This document shows, one piece after another, positions 28,946 through 37,761 of a stretch of DNA of 64,000 nucleotides. The DNA lies in assembly GCA_017552705.1 (NCBI GenBank), contig JAFZOY010000010.1, forward strand, positions 3,486 to 67,485, written 5' to 3'. How positions within the stretch are numbered: position 1 is the first letter of the stretch; the number at the start of each line of letters is the position of its first letter. The notes beneath the pieces were generated by a model, which saw only the letters and a list, made by a program, of their open reading frames with translations, ran no database searches and had not been told where the DNA came from. Position numbers and translations under genes: made by a program. This DNA comes from Bacteroidales bacterium (lineage in GTDB: Bacteria > Bacteroidota > Bacteroidia > Bacteroidales > UBA1715).

Positions 28946-28991
28946 GCAAAAAAACAAAGGTATGCCAAATCAAGGCAGAGGTTTGAAAAAT
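28946..28991 (+). repeat. Intergenic direct repeat family, copy 4
   Basis: The sequence is gcaaaaaaacaaaggTATGCCAAATCAAGGCAGAGGTTTGAAAAAt. Confidence 0.85.
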
Positions 28992-29083
28992 TGTTTTCAA
29001 AAATTGAATTACTTCAGTTTTCTGTAACTAAACAACGCCTTTGCTTATATATTTGCATTGGTTACAATAGAAAGGAATCACTT

Positions 29084-29494
29084 ATGGGACGAATACTTGC
29101 TATAGATTACGGAACGAAGCGCACGGGAATTGCGGTCACCGACCCGTTGCAACTCATTGCCAACGCGTTGACAACAGTGCGAAGCTGCGATTTGATACAA
29201 TTTCTTACGGACTATTTTGCCAAGGAACAAGTTGACCACGTGGTGATTGGTATGCCCACAACGCTCCGTAACGAACCCTCGGAAAATGCAAAACATGTGA
29301 AAATTTTTGAGAAACAGTTTCAAAAAACATTTCCCAATATGCCCATCAGCGAGATGGACGAACGATTTACCTCAACGATTGCACATCAGGCGATGCTTGC
29401 CGGCGGCATGAAGAAAAAAGACCGCCAAAACAAAGAAGTTGTCGATAGCATCAGCGCCACTATCATTCTGCAATCGTATATGGAACGAAGATAA
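29084..29494 (+). CDS. ruvX: Holliday-junction resolvase-like nuclease RuvX (YqgF)
   Basis: The start was refined to ATG 29084. MGRILAIDYGTKRTGIAVTD and DERFTS…A motifs are present, and the protein is 136 aa. Confidence 0.9.
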   Translation: MGRILAIDYGTKRTGIAVTDPLQLIANALTTVRSCDLIQFLTDYFAKEQVDHVVIGMPTTLRNEPSENAKHVKIFEKQFQKTFPNMPISEMDERFTSTIAHQAMLAGGMKKKDRQNKEVVDSISATIILQSYMERR

Positions 29495-29497
29495 ATA

Positions 29498-29908
29498 TTA
29501 ATTCCTTGAAGCTATTTCATCTAAAATTTTGATTTTTTCTTCATTAGATAAATCTATAAAACCGAGGGTAAAACAATTGAAATATTTCTCATAATATTTT
29601 TGTTCTTGCAACATAGACATTGTCATCCAATCTTTGTTTAATTTTTGGTCCTCAAGTTCATAGAATTCATTAGATCTCAATGTGCATACAGAAGTATTTT
29701 GCTTTAAATCCACTCTGTATGAATAAACTAACAATTGATACTTATTATCTATATATCTTAAAAATTCTATAACTCCATAATCTTGCGTCTTGCTATAAAT
29801 TGTCACAAGAGTTTCTTTTTGAGCAACATTCATAGATACAAAATCTTGTTTATATAGAGAGCATGAATGTAGAAAAAACACAATATTTAATAATAATAAC
29901 TTTTTCAT
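29498..29908 (-). CDS. Hypothetical lipoprotein (136 aa)
   Basis: It has a lipobox-type signal, MKKLLLLNIVFFLHSCS. The coding sequence is very AT-rich. Confidence 0.5.
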   Translation of the reverse strand: MKKLLLLNIVFFLHSCSLYKQDFVSMNVAQKETLVTIYSKTQDYGVIEFLRYIDNKYQLLVYSYRVDLKQNTSVCTLRSNEFYELEDQKLNKDWMTMSMLQEQKYYEKYFNCFTLGFIDLSNEEKIKILDEIASRN

Positions 29909-29977
29909 TTTAATACTTTATATGATTGAGATGCCAAAACATTGTAAATTCCCGTGTTATAAATGGCATATTCGATT

Positions 29978-30757
29978 TCATTCTACCCATATTGCTTGGG
30001 TTGCATTGCAAGAAAAAATATTCTCATTGCTATTAGTGTCATATACGAAACACTGATTTCCTTTTTTATATAAAATATATTTATCGTCGTTTGAATATAA
30101 TGGACAACAGCCTTCAATATAAAAATCCTTAAATTCATTTTTGTGTATATTATATTCCACAATAGTCGGAAGCTCTTTTATTTTCCTCCAATCATATTTT
30201 CCAACAATTCTCTCACAGATTATTTTTTCCCTATCAGAAGAAAAAGATGGATTAAAATATCCTATTTTATAACCTTTATCAATTTGTTTTGGTTCAAGAA
30301 TAGAGAAAATATTTCCATTGCTGTCTTTGGTTTCTACAAATCCCATATTGTTTAATATCTGTATTTTATTACAATATAAATCCTCTATATTTGTTATAGA
30401 AAGATGCTCTAATTCAGAATTAGAAACTCTATAGAAATATTTATTTTCTATTATTGTGTCATTTTTTAATGTCACATCATTTTCGTCAAATTCCACAATA
30501 ATTTCGGATAAAAATTTATTTTGATAAAAGAAATAATAATCATTCTTTTTGTATAATGTTACAATATATTTGTTGTCGTGATGGTAACAACATCCAAATT
30601 CCCAGAGTTCAAGATTATTGATCGAAATTATCTCTTTTTGAATATTGCGCTCCATATCATAAAATATAAGTTTATCGTTATCAGATATGACAATGTTTTG
30701 TAAAGCAATAGCATTTTGTATAAACAAAGTAAAAAATATTACAAATAGTACTCTCAT
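29978..30757 (-). CDS. Hypothetical secreted protein (259 aa)
   Basis: It has a signal peptide MRVLFVIFFTLFIQNAIA. The protein is N/K/I/Y-rich with paired Cys (GCCYHH, GCCPLY) and is very AT-rich. Confidence 0.5.
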   Translation of the reverse strand: MRVLFVIFFTLFIQNAIALQNIVISDNDKLIFYDMERNIQKEIISINNLELWEFGCCYHHDNKYIVTLYKKNDYYFFYQNKFLSEIIVEFDENDVTLKNDTIIENKYFYRVSNSELEHLSITNIEDLYCNKIQILNNMGFVETKDSNGNIFSILEPKQIDKGYKIGYFNPSFSSDREKIICERIVGKYDWRKIKELPTIVEYNIHKNEFKDFYIEGCCPLYSNDDKYILYKKGNQCFVYDTNSNENIFSCNATQAIWVE

Positions 30758-30760
30758 AAT

Positions 30761-30958
30761 TTATTGTATTAAAGTACTTCCCTTTTTTGGACAGTTAAAT
30801 TTTAATTTATAGAGTATTTTAGAAAGAAGAAGTTCGTTTGTATTATCTGGGTAATCCATAAGATACAACTGATTTAACGAATCGTAGAAATAGCGATATA
30901 TAAAATTCATTGCACGATATTTATTTTCTCCTTTTTGTTGGTTTTGTATCATATTCAT
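30761..30958 (-). CDS. Possible small protein (65 aa, or 49 aa from ATG 30910)
   Basis: The ORF overlaps the end of the upstream gene by 38 nt unless the internal Met (MNFIYRYFYD) is used. I recognised no family. Confidence 0.25.
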   Translation of the reverse strand: MNMIQNQQKGENKYRAMNFIYRYFYDSLNQLYLMDYPDNTNELLLSKILYKLKFNCPKKGSTLIQ

Positions 30959-31943
30959 GCCAAAAGTTTAAACTTATAATGGCGTCACAATTATTATGAT
31001 TTCCTATGTCTAAGGTTATAAATTCATCACACGTCGTTGGATATGCTTTTTCAAGGCAACGATTCCTTTCTCCTTTAAAAAAGGATCCTTTTGAAACACC
31101 AGGAGCAGAAAAGTCAACTCGTTTCCCCTTAAAATCGAAATTTCCTCGACACGATTTAAATATACAATTCAAATAATCCGCTTCATATTCGTTTAGAAGC
31201 AGATTATTATCTATACCCATTCTGTCGAAATTATCTATTACTTCTTTGGGTATATCGTCAAACGATATTCTTGAAGATTCTTTTGTTATAGTGTCCTTAA
31301 TCACAGAGTAATTCTTAATTCCTTCCTTATCCTCATAGAGGATTTGCACATCATTTTCGAAAACACAATAATAACACTGATTTTTTTCTCCAGTGTAAGC
31401 GAAGATAAATTTGGGAGATAATCGTAATATGGTGGATAGAACTTCTCTACTCATAGAGAAGTTTACCGAATCCCATTTCATATAAAACATTTGAGCGACC
31501 CCGACTGGTGTTTCCCCTTGTTTTTTATATATCCAACAATTATGTGTGGAGAAAAATTTCTTATTTCTGCTTGAGTAAAGTATTATTCGGTTATAGAAAT
31601 CATCTATCGAACTAAAATACAATTTTTTACAGTCTAAAGACAATTCATTGTCAATGCATTCAATTACAGAACAGAACAGAGAATTAAGTTCCTCTACGGG
31701 CGTTTTAATTCGACAATTTTTTTTCGCCCTTTTAATAGCAATTTTGTTTTTTTGGTGAATATTATAATCTGCATAATCATCTATTACGACAACCTTATAG
31801 GGACTTTTGTTATATCCAAATATGGCTTTCTTTGGAGGAAGTGTAATTTTTACTTGTTGTGCAAAACAAAATTCAGTAAATATGGAAAGAACAGCAAGTA
31901 ATATTAAGACTCTTGTTTTTCTTTGTGGGTTTAAATGTATCAT
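30921..31943 (-). CDS. Hypothetical secreted protein (~340 aa)
   Basis: The start was refined to ATG 31943 (MIHLNPQRKTRVLILLAVLSIFTEFCFAQQ, a signal peptide). It is AT-rich with no recognisable domain. Confidence 0.5.
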   Translation of the reverse strand: MIHLNPQRKTRVLILLAVLSIFTEFCFAQQVKITLPPKKAIFGYNKSPYKVVVIDDYADYNIHQKNKIAIKRAKKNCRIKTPVEELNSLFCSVIECIDNELSLDCKKLYFSSIDDFYNRIILYSSRNKKFFSTHNCWIYKKQGETPVGVAQMFYMKWDSVNFSMSREVLSTILRLSPKFIFAYTGEKNQCYYCVFENDVQILYEDKEGIKNYSVIKDTITKESSRISFDDIPKEVIDNFDRMGIDNNLLLNEYEADYLNCIFKSCRGNFDFKGKRVDFSAPGVSKGSFFKGERNRCLEKAYPTTCDEFITLDIGNHNNCDAIISLNFWHEYDTKPTKRRK

Positions 31944-32037
31944 ACATGTATCGAGTTTAGTTATTCCACACAAATATACTGCATTATTTCTTTTTTCGAC
32001 TTGTTTTCATACATTTGCACGTTCAAAAACAAAAATT

Positions 32038-32595
32038 ATGATAAAACCAATTGTAGCATACGGAAACCCTGTTCTACGGAAAGTTGCAGTGGATATTGAT
32101 AAGGATTATCCTGATTTTCAAACTGTTATCACTAATTTATACGATACATTGAAAAATTCCGAAGGTGTGGGACTTGCCGCTCCGCAGATTGGTTTGTCAA
32201 TTCGTGTGTTTGTAGTCGATGCGAATGGATTTGCCGAGGATTATCCCGACGCAAAAGGATTTGTCCGTACATTTATCAATCCGCAAATTATTGAAACAAA
32301 AGGCAAAGAATGGATGTTTAACGAAGGCTGCCTCAGCTTTCCCGGCATTTTCGAAGATGTGTCGCGTCCATCGGATGTGACGATTCGCTATCTTGACGAA
32401 CAATTTGTGGAACACACCGAAACATTCACCGGCATCTGCGCCCGAATTATTCAGCACGAATACGACCATTTGGACGGAAAATGTTTTATCGACCGTCTTA
32501 ACCCACTGAAACGCAAAATGTTGAGTGGGAAATTGAACAACATTCTTAAAGGAAAAGTTTCAACACGATATAAAATTAAATTTCATAAAATATAG
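32038..32595 (+). CDS. def: Peptide deformylase
   Basis: The start was refined to ATG 32038. The motifs are GVGLAAPQIG, EGCLSFPG and QHEYDHLDG. Confidence 0.95.
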   Translation: MIKPIVAYGNPVLRKVAVDIDKDYPDFQTVITNLYDTLKNSEGVGLAAPQIGLSIRVFVVDANGFAEDYPDAKGFVRTFINPQIIETKGKEWMFNEGCLSFPGIFEDVSRPSDVTIRYLDEQFVEHTETFTGICARIIQHEYDHLDGKCFIDRLNPLKRKMLSGKLNNILKGKVSTRYKIKFHKI

Positions 32596-32610
32596 AGAAG
32601 ACCTAAACTA

Positions 32611-34137
32611 ATGACATTTTTTAAAGCCGCCCTGTCCGATATACGACAACGTATATTGGCTCGAAATCCGTGTGTATGCGTCACCACCGCATTTATTCTC
32701 GGAATACTATTTCATAGATTCGCTCCGTGTACTGCATCGTCTCTGGTTTGGATGGCGACACTCGTTATTTCCGCTTGTGTGTGCATTGCATCGGCACAAG
32801 TATTCAAAAAAATCCACATTCATGTTTTAGTGTTCTATTTCTGTATTGCGGGCTATGTTTGCTCCGCCCTGCACCAACAACGATACACCCTCATTCCTCA
32901 ATCCGACATTGTGGTTGGAAAAATCATCAGCAACAACGAAGAAAAGGCTAAAACATACAAAGTTCTCATTGAAACCTTGGAAGAATCATCCTGCAAATCA
33001 GTTGTTTACATACAAAAAGACAGTCTTTCACAATCGTTGCGTTACGGCGACGTCATTTCGCTCAAAAACACATTTCGTCCCATTGAAAACAAAGACAGCT
33101 CCACGTTTGACTACAAAGCGTTTCTTGCAAACCAATATATTCATTCACAGGCGTACGTCAGAAGTGGACAATGGGAACGAATCGGACATCAGAACAGTTT
33201 GCCGTCGGTTTGTATGAAGCTTCGGGGAAATGCACTCGAAACCTTGAAAAAACTGGGGCTGGACGAGAAAAATCATCAATTGATAGCCGCCCTTACCTTT
33301 GGCGACAAATCGTTACTCGACGATGACACGAAAAAAGAATTTCAAACCGCAGGAGCCATGCATATTCTTGCCGTTTCGGGACTGCACGTCGGTATAATCA
33401 ACGGATTGCTGTTGTTTATGTTTGGCTTTATCCGCAACCGTAATTTTTTGTGGCTCAAACTTTTGTGTTGTATTTTGGGAATATGGGCATACGCCTGCAT
33501 CACGGGAATGAGCCCATCGGTACAACGGGCATCGATTATGTGTACAATGGTATCGATTTCGTTATTGTTGAAACGACACTGCAGCACATACAACACGCTT
33601 GCCGCGGCAGCTTTCTTCTCACTATTTTTGTCTCCTAACGATTTGTTTTCCATAGGATTCCAATTATCGTACGCGGCAGTATTGAGCATAGTATATTTCG
33701 GAACGCTCATACAAAATCTTTTTCATCCAGAAACACCCATTGGTTCATACCTTTGGGGCATCATAGCCGTTTCCGTCGCCGTGCAGATAGGCACAATGCC
33801 GCTCACTCTCTATTATTTCGGCACAGTTCCAACATACAGTCTGCTTACCAACATAGTGGTGATACCATTGTCGTTCGTAGTCCTCACGCTAACAATAGTA
33901 GTTTTGGCAACGAGTTGGATTCCGCTGGTTTCGAGCACGTTAGTTTCCATTCTCAATTTTTCCACAACATATTTGCAAGATGCGATACACGACATCAATT
34001 CATTTCCACATCCACAAATCATCCTTCAATGCTCGTTCAAGCAATCCATTTGTTTATATTTCCTTATATTTTGTTTGGTTATAATCATAGAAACTCTACA
34101 AAAACGACGGGAACAATTTGAATTAATTAGTATTTAG
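32611..34137 (+). CDS. comEC: ComEC/Rec2-family competence membrane protein
   Basis: This is a polytopic membrane protein with the conserved competence-domain segments AGAMHILAVSGLHVG and FQLSYAAV. Confidence 0.8.
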   Translation: MTFFKAALSDIRQRILARNPCVCVTTAFILGILFHRFAPCTASSLVWMATLVISACVCIASAQVFKKIHIHVLVFYFCIAGYVCSALHQQRYTLIPQSDIVVGKIISNNEEKAKTYKVLIETLEESSCKSVVYIQKDSLSQSLRYGDVISLKNTFRPIENKDSSTFDYKAFLANQYIHSQAYVRSGQWERIGHQNSLPSVCMKLRGNALETLKKLGLDEKNHQLIAALTFGDKSLLDDDTKKEFQTAGAMHILAVSGLHVGIINGLLLFMFGFIRNRNFLWLKLLCCILGIWAYACITGMSPSVQRASIMCTMVSISLLLKRHCSTYNTLAAAAFFSLFLSPNDLFSIGFQLSYAAVLSIVYFGTLIQNLFHPETPIGSYLWGIIAVSVAVQIGTMPLTLYYFGTVPTYSLLTNIVVIPLSFVVLTLTIVVLATSWIPLVSSTLVSILNFSTTYLQDAIHDINSFPHPQIILQCSFKQSICLYFLIFCLVIIIETLQKRREQFELISI

Positions 34138-34223
34138 TCCCCACGTAGATAACGTTTTCTTTCGAGAAAATCAGTATATTTGCAGATAAGAAAATTTGTG
34201 CACTAACGTTCTTTTTTGTGGCG

Positions 34224-35138
34224 ATGGAAGATTTTTTTTCAAAAACAAATTATACGATTCAAGATATTCTGGCACTTATCGAGAATGAAATTGAAGAGTC
34301 AATCCATCTTGAATTCAAATCAGCGGGAGCTATCGGGAAATGGGACAGCAAGAAAGCGGAAATGACCAAAGATGTGGCGGCTTTCGCCAACTCCGACGGA
34401 GGAATCATTGTGTACGGACTTTCGGAATGCAACCACAAGGCGAGCGCGCTGTCGTTCATCGACGGGACCATTTTCACAAAAGAATGGATCGAACAAGTGC
34501 TAAATTCAGGCATTCAGCAGAAAATCAATGGGTTACAAATCTTCCCTATTCGCAACAACGGCAACATTGAGCAATCAATCTACGTGGTAAAAATCCCCAA
34601 AAGTTTCAACACGCCACACATGAGCAAAGACCGGAAATTCTATCGTCGATACAATTTCGAGGCGGTTCCTATGGAAGAATACGAAATTCGTGAACTCTAT
34701 AACCGAAAGAGCCACAGTAAGTTGCTTATTCAGGGATATTATCTTGGGAAATTCAGCGAAAACGCTGAAACGCAAACGTACCATTTCCTTGCCCAGATTG
34801 CCAACGAATGCGCACGGCCAGAATCGTCGTACAAACTAAATATCTACATCAACTGTCCTGATTTAGACAAAATGTCAATCACATGGGAACAAAACGAAAA
34901 TTTCTCGTTCACGATGATTGCGCCCAACAAAGTAAAACTTTCAGCAACAGGAAGCATTCCCATCTACACAGATGAATGTCTTGATATGGCGCGGTTTTCG
35001 TTGGAAATTCCCAACAAAATTTTTGACAAAATCACCGAAGAAATGTCAATAGACATGATTCTCCTCTATTCAGACGGAAAAAACGAGTTTCATATTTCAA
35101 ACGAAACAGTGCGGAAACGACTGATTTCATTTAACTAA
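34224..35138 (+). CDS. AlbA_2 (Schlafen-like divergent AAA/DNA-binding) domain protein with an uncharacterised C-terminal half
   Basis: The N-terminus ESIHLEFKSAG…EMTKDVAAFANSDGGIIVYGL is the hallmark of the AlbA_2 domain. ATG 34224 is preferred over GTG 34218. Confidence 0.6.
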   Translation: MEDFFSKTNYTIQDILALIENEIEESIHLEFKSAGAIGKWDSKKAEMTKDVAAFANSDGGIIVYGLSECNHKASALSFIDGTIFTKEWIEQVLNSGIQQKINGLQIFPIRNNGNIEQSIYVVKIPKSFNTPHMSKDRKFYRRYNFEAVPMEEYEIRELYNRKSHSKLLIQGYYLGKFSENAETQTYHFLAQIANECARPESSYKLNIYINCPDLDKMSITWEQNENFSFTMIAPNKVKLSATGSIPIYTDECLDMARFSLEIPNKIFDKITEEMSIDMILLYSDGKNEFHISNETVRKRLISFN

Positions 35139-36476
35139 TTCCGCCAATTGTGCGGCAACTTTTTTGAAAGGAAATTCTTCGAACACCGCATCGAATTTTG
35201 CACGGATCTTGTCGTTGCACAAATTGCCGATACTACCTTCGTGCGTATGGTTTGCCTTGCGTTCAGCCTTAAATTCGCCATGCTTGATGTCCAAGCCGAC
35301 TTTTTTGTAGGCATCACGGAACGGCATTCCTTCGTATGTAAGACGGTTCACCTCATCAACGCTGAAAATGTAATCATACATCGGATCGTCAAGAATATGT
35401 TCCGAGATTTTTATGTTTTTCAGCATCAACATCATCATATCAATGCAACTGTTGACTTCGGTGAAACCTGGAATAAAACATTCTTTAATTATTTGTAAAT
35501 CACGATTGTAACCAAATGGAAGATTCGTCGTGATATACGAAATCTCTGTCGGCAAAGCCTGCAATTTGTTGGATTTTGCGCGGATAATCTCAAATACATC
35601 GGGATTTTTCTTGTGCGGCATAATGCTCGAACCTGTGGTCAATTCTTCAGGGAACGATACAAAATGGAAATTCTGGTTCATAAACAAACACATTTCCATT
35701 GCCATCTTCGACAATGTGGCGGCGATGCTTGCAAGGGCGTAGCTCGTAATTTTTTCAACTTTTCCGCGTCCCATTTGGGCATACATCACATTATAATTCA
35801 ATGTCTCGAAGCCAAGCAATTCCGTAGTCATAGTTCTGTTCAACGGGAACGACGAGCCATAGCCGGCAGCGGAGCCAAGCGGATTTTGGTTTGCAATCTT
35901 ATATGCAGCCAACAATAACTGCAAATCGTCAACAAGACTTTCGGCATAACAACCGAACCATAAGCCAAACGACGACGGCATTGCTATCTGCAAATGCGTG
36001 TAACCCGGCATCAACACGTGCTTATATTGTTCACTCAACGTTTGCAAAAGTGTAAACAAATCCTTTACACTTTCGGCGGTTCCCTGAATTGCGTCGCGGA
36101 TGTACAACTTCATATCGAGCAGCACTTGGTCGTTGCGCGAACGACCGCTGTGGATTTTTTTGCCCACATCGCCAAGTTTTTCAGTCAGCAGAAATTCTAC
36201 CTGCGAATGCACGTCTTCCACGTGGTCCTCAATTTTGAATGTGCCATTCAACACATCTTTATAAATGTTTTTCAATTCCGCCTGAACAGCATCAAGTTCG
36301 TCTTTGGTAAGCAAACCTATTGATTCCAGCATTCGTGTATGTGCAAGATTTCCAAACACATCGGCTTTCGCCAAATACACATCGAATTCCTTATCCTTAC
36401 CTACGGTAAACGTCGAAACTTTTTCGTTCGGAGCGACATCTTTCTGCCACAATGTAGTTGAATGTTTTTCTGCCAT
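35127..36476 (-). CDS. argH: Argininosuccinate lyase
   Basis: The start was refined to ATG 36476 (MAEKHSTTLWQK). The fumarate-lyase signature is GSSIMPHKKNPDVFE, and HSGRSRNDQV is also present. Confidence 0.93.
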   Translation of the reverse strand: MAEKHSTTLWQKDVAPNEKVSTFTVGKDKEFDVYLAKADVFGNLAHTRMLESIGLLTKDELDAVQAELKNIYKDVLNGTFKIEDHVEDVHSQVEFLLTEKLGDVGKKIHSGRSRNDQVLLDMKLYIRDAIQGTAESVKDLFTLLQTLSEQYKHVLMPGYTHLQIAMPSSFGLWFGCYAESLVDDLQLLLAAYKIANQNPLGSAAGYGSSFPLNRTMTTELLGFETLNYNVMYAQMGRGKVEKITSYALASIAATLSKMAMEMCLFMNQNFHFVSFPEELTTGSSIMPHKKNPDVFEIIRAKSNKLQALPTEISYITTNLPFGYNRDLQIIKECFIPGFTEVNSCIDMMMLMLKNIKISEHILDDPMYDYIFSVDEVNRLTYEGMPFRDAYKKVGLDIKHGEFKAERKANHTHEGSIGNLCNDKIRAKFDAVFEEFPFKKVAAQLAELVK

Positions 36477-36577
36477 CACACAAGATTTTTGTATATCCAC
36501 ACCCAAAGCAAACGCGTTTGTAATGCGGAACAAATATATACAATTTTACAATTCACAGCCCATTTGCCGCAAACGTT

Positions 36578-37639
36578 CTACAACTTGAGATTTTCCAATA
36601 ATTTGATATACATTTCCATTCCTTGCTGCAGTTCCGCCTCGAAAATATATTCGTTTGCCGTATGCGAGCGCAATGTGTCGCCAGGCCCGATTTTCATTGA
36701 TGGGAACGTAGTCATAAACACTTGGTCGGAAAGAGTTGGCGAGCCAAACATCTCCAAGCCCAATGTCAAGCCACTCTGCACAAGCGGATGGTTTGTTGGA
36801 ATCGAAGACGAATTGAGACGGAACGAGCGTGCCTGAATCTCGCACTGAACCGACTGATTGATGATATCGAACAATTCTTGATTGGTGTACATTTCGTTGC
36901 TCCGCACATCGACCACAAACGTACATTCGCCCGGAATCACATTATGTTGCGTGCCCGCATTGATAACCGTAACACTCATCTTTACCGAACCCAGATATTC
37001 CGAAGTCTTTGGAAATTGATATGTGCGGAACCAATTTATATCCTCTATTGCCTTATAAATCGCGTTGATGCCATTGGAGTGCGCTGCGTGTCCCGATTTT
37101 CCCATAGCCTTGCAATCAAGCACCATCAAACCTTTTTCCGCAATTGCCATACGCATTCCCGTCGGTTCTCCCACAATACCAAACGATATTTCGGGCAAAG
37201 TTGGAATCACACATTCCAAACCGTTTTTACCAGAAACTTCTTCTTCGGCTGATGCTACAAGAATCAAATTAAACGGGGATTCCAATTCGTTGAAATGCAA
37301 AAACGTAAAAATGAGCGACACCAACGAAGCTCCCGCGTCATTACTACCCAAACCGATAATTTTTCCGCCATCGCTGATAGCATTGAACGGATCGCTGAGC
37401 CAGCCATCGGACGGTTTCACCGTGTCGTGGTGGGAATTCAGAAGAATGGTTGGTTTTGATTCATCAAAATTTTTGGAACGGACCACCACATTATTTTCAA
37501 TCCGTTGCGCTTCAATGCCCCGTTTTTTGAAAAAATTACACAACAACTCCGCCGTAGCCGATTCCTGACGGCTGATAGAAAACGTTTCGATTAACGAGAT
37601 TAGCAGTTTTTTTGCCTGCTCAAAAGATTCTGTCTGCAT
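36578..37639 (-). CDS. argE: M20-family metallohydrolase (acetylornithine deacetylase-like)
   Basis: LLNSHHDTV, GSNDAGAS and a dimerisation-domain layout are present. It sits next to argH. ATG 37639 is preferred over TTG 37648. Confidence 0.7.
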   Translation of the reverse strand: MQTESFEQAKKLLISLIETFSISRQESATAELLCNFFKKRGIEAQRIENNVVVRSKNFDESKPTILLNSHHDTVKPSDGWLSDPFNAISDGGKIIGLGSNDAGASLVSLIFTFLHFNELESPFNLILVASAEEEVSGKNGLECVIPTLPEISFGIVGEPTGMRMAIAEKGLMVLDCKAMGKSGHAAHSNGINAIYKAIEDINWFRTYQFPKTSEYLGSVKMSVTVINAGTQHNVIPGECTFVVDVRSNEMYTNQELFDIINQSVQCEIQARSFRLNSSSIPTNHPLVQSGLTLGLEMFGSPTLSDQVFMTTFPSMKIGPGDTLRSHTANEYIFEAELQQGMEMYIKLLENLKL

Positions 37640-37761
37640 TTCGCCCAATGTTTATGCAAAAATATCCTTTTTTACCTCAAAAAACAAATTTCCCGCTTTG
37701 GCGTTCATTCTTATTTATTTTATTATTTTTGCACGCTCAAATAGATAATGTATATACAATT

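Noticed and set aside
24505-28991. A CRISPR array was considered for the 4-copy repeat
   Set aside because: The 'spacers' are 0.6-2.4 kb and contain full genes. The repeats are imperfect, there is no regular 25-40 bp spacing, and no cas genes are in the window.
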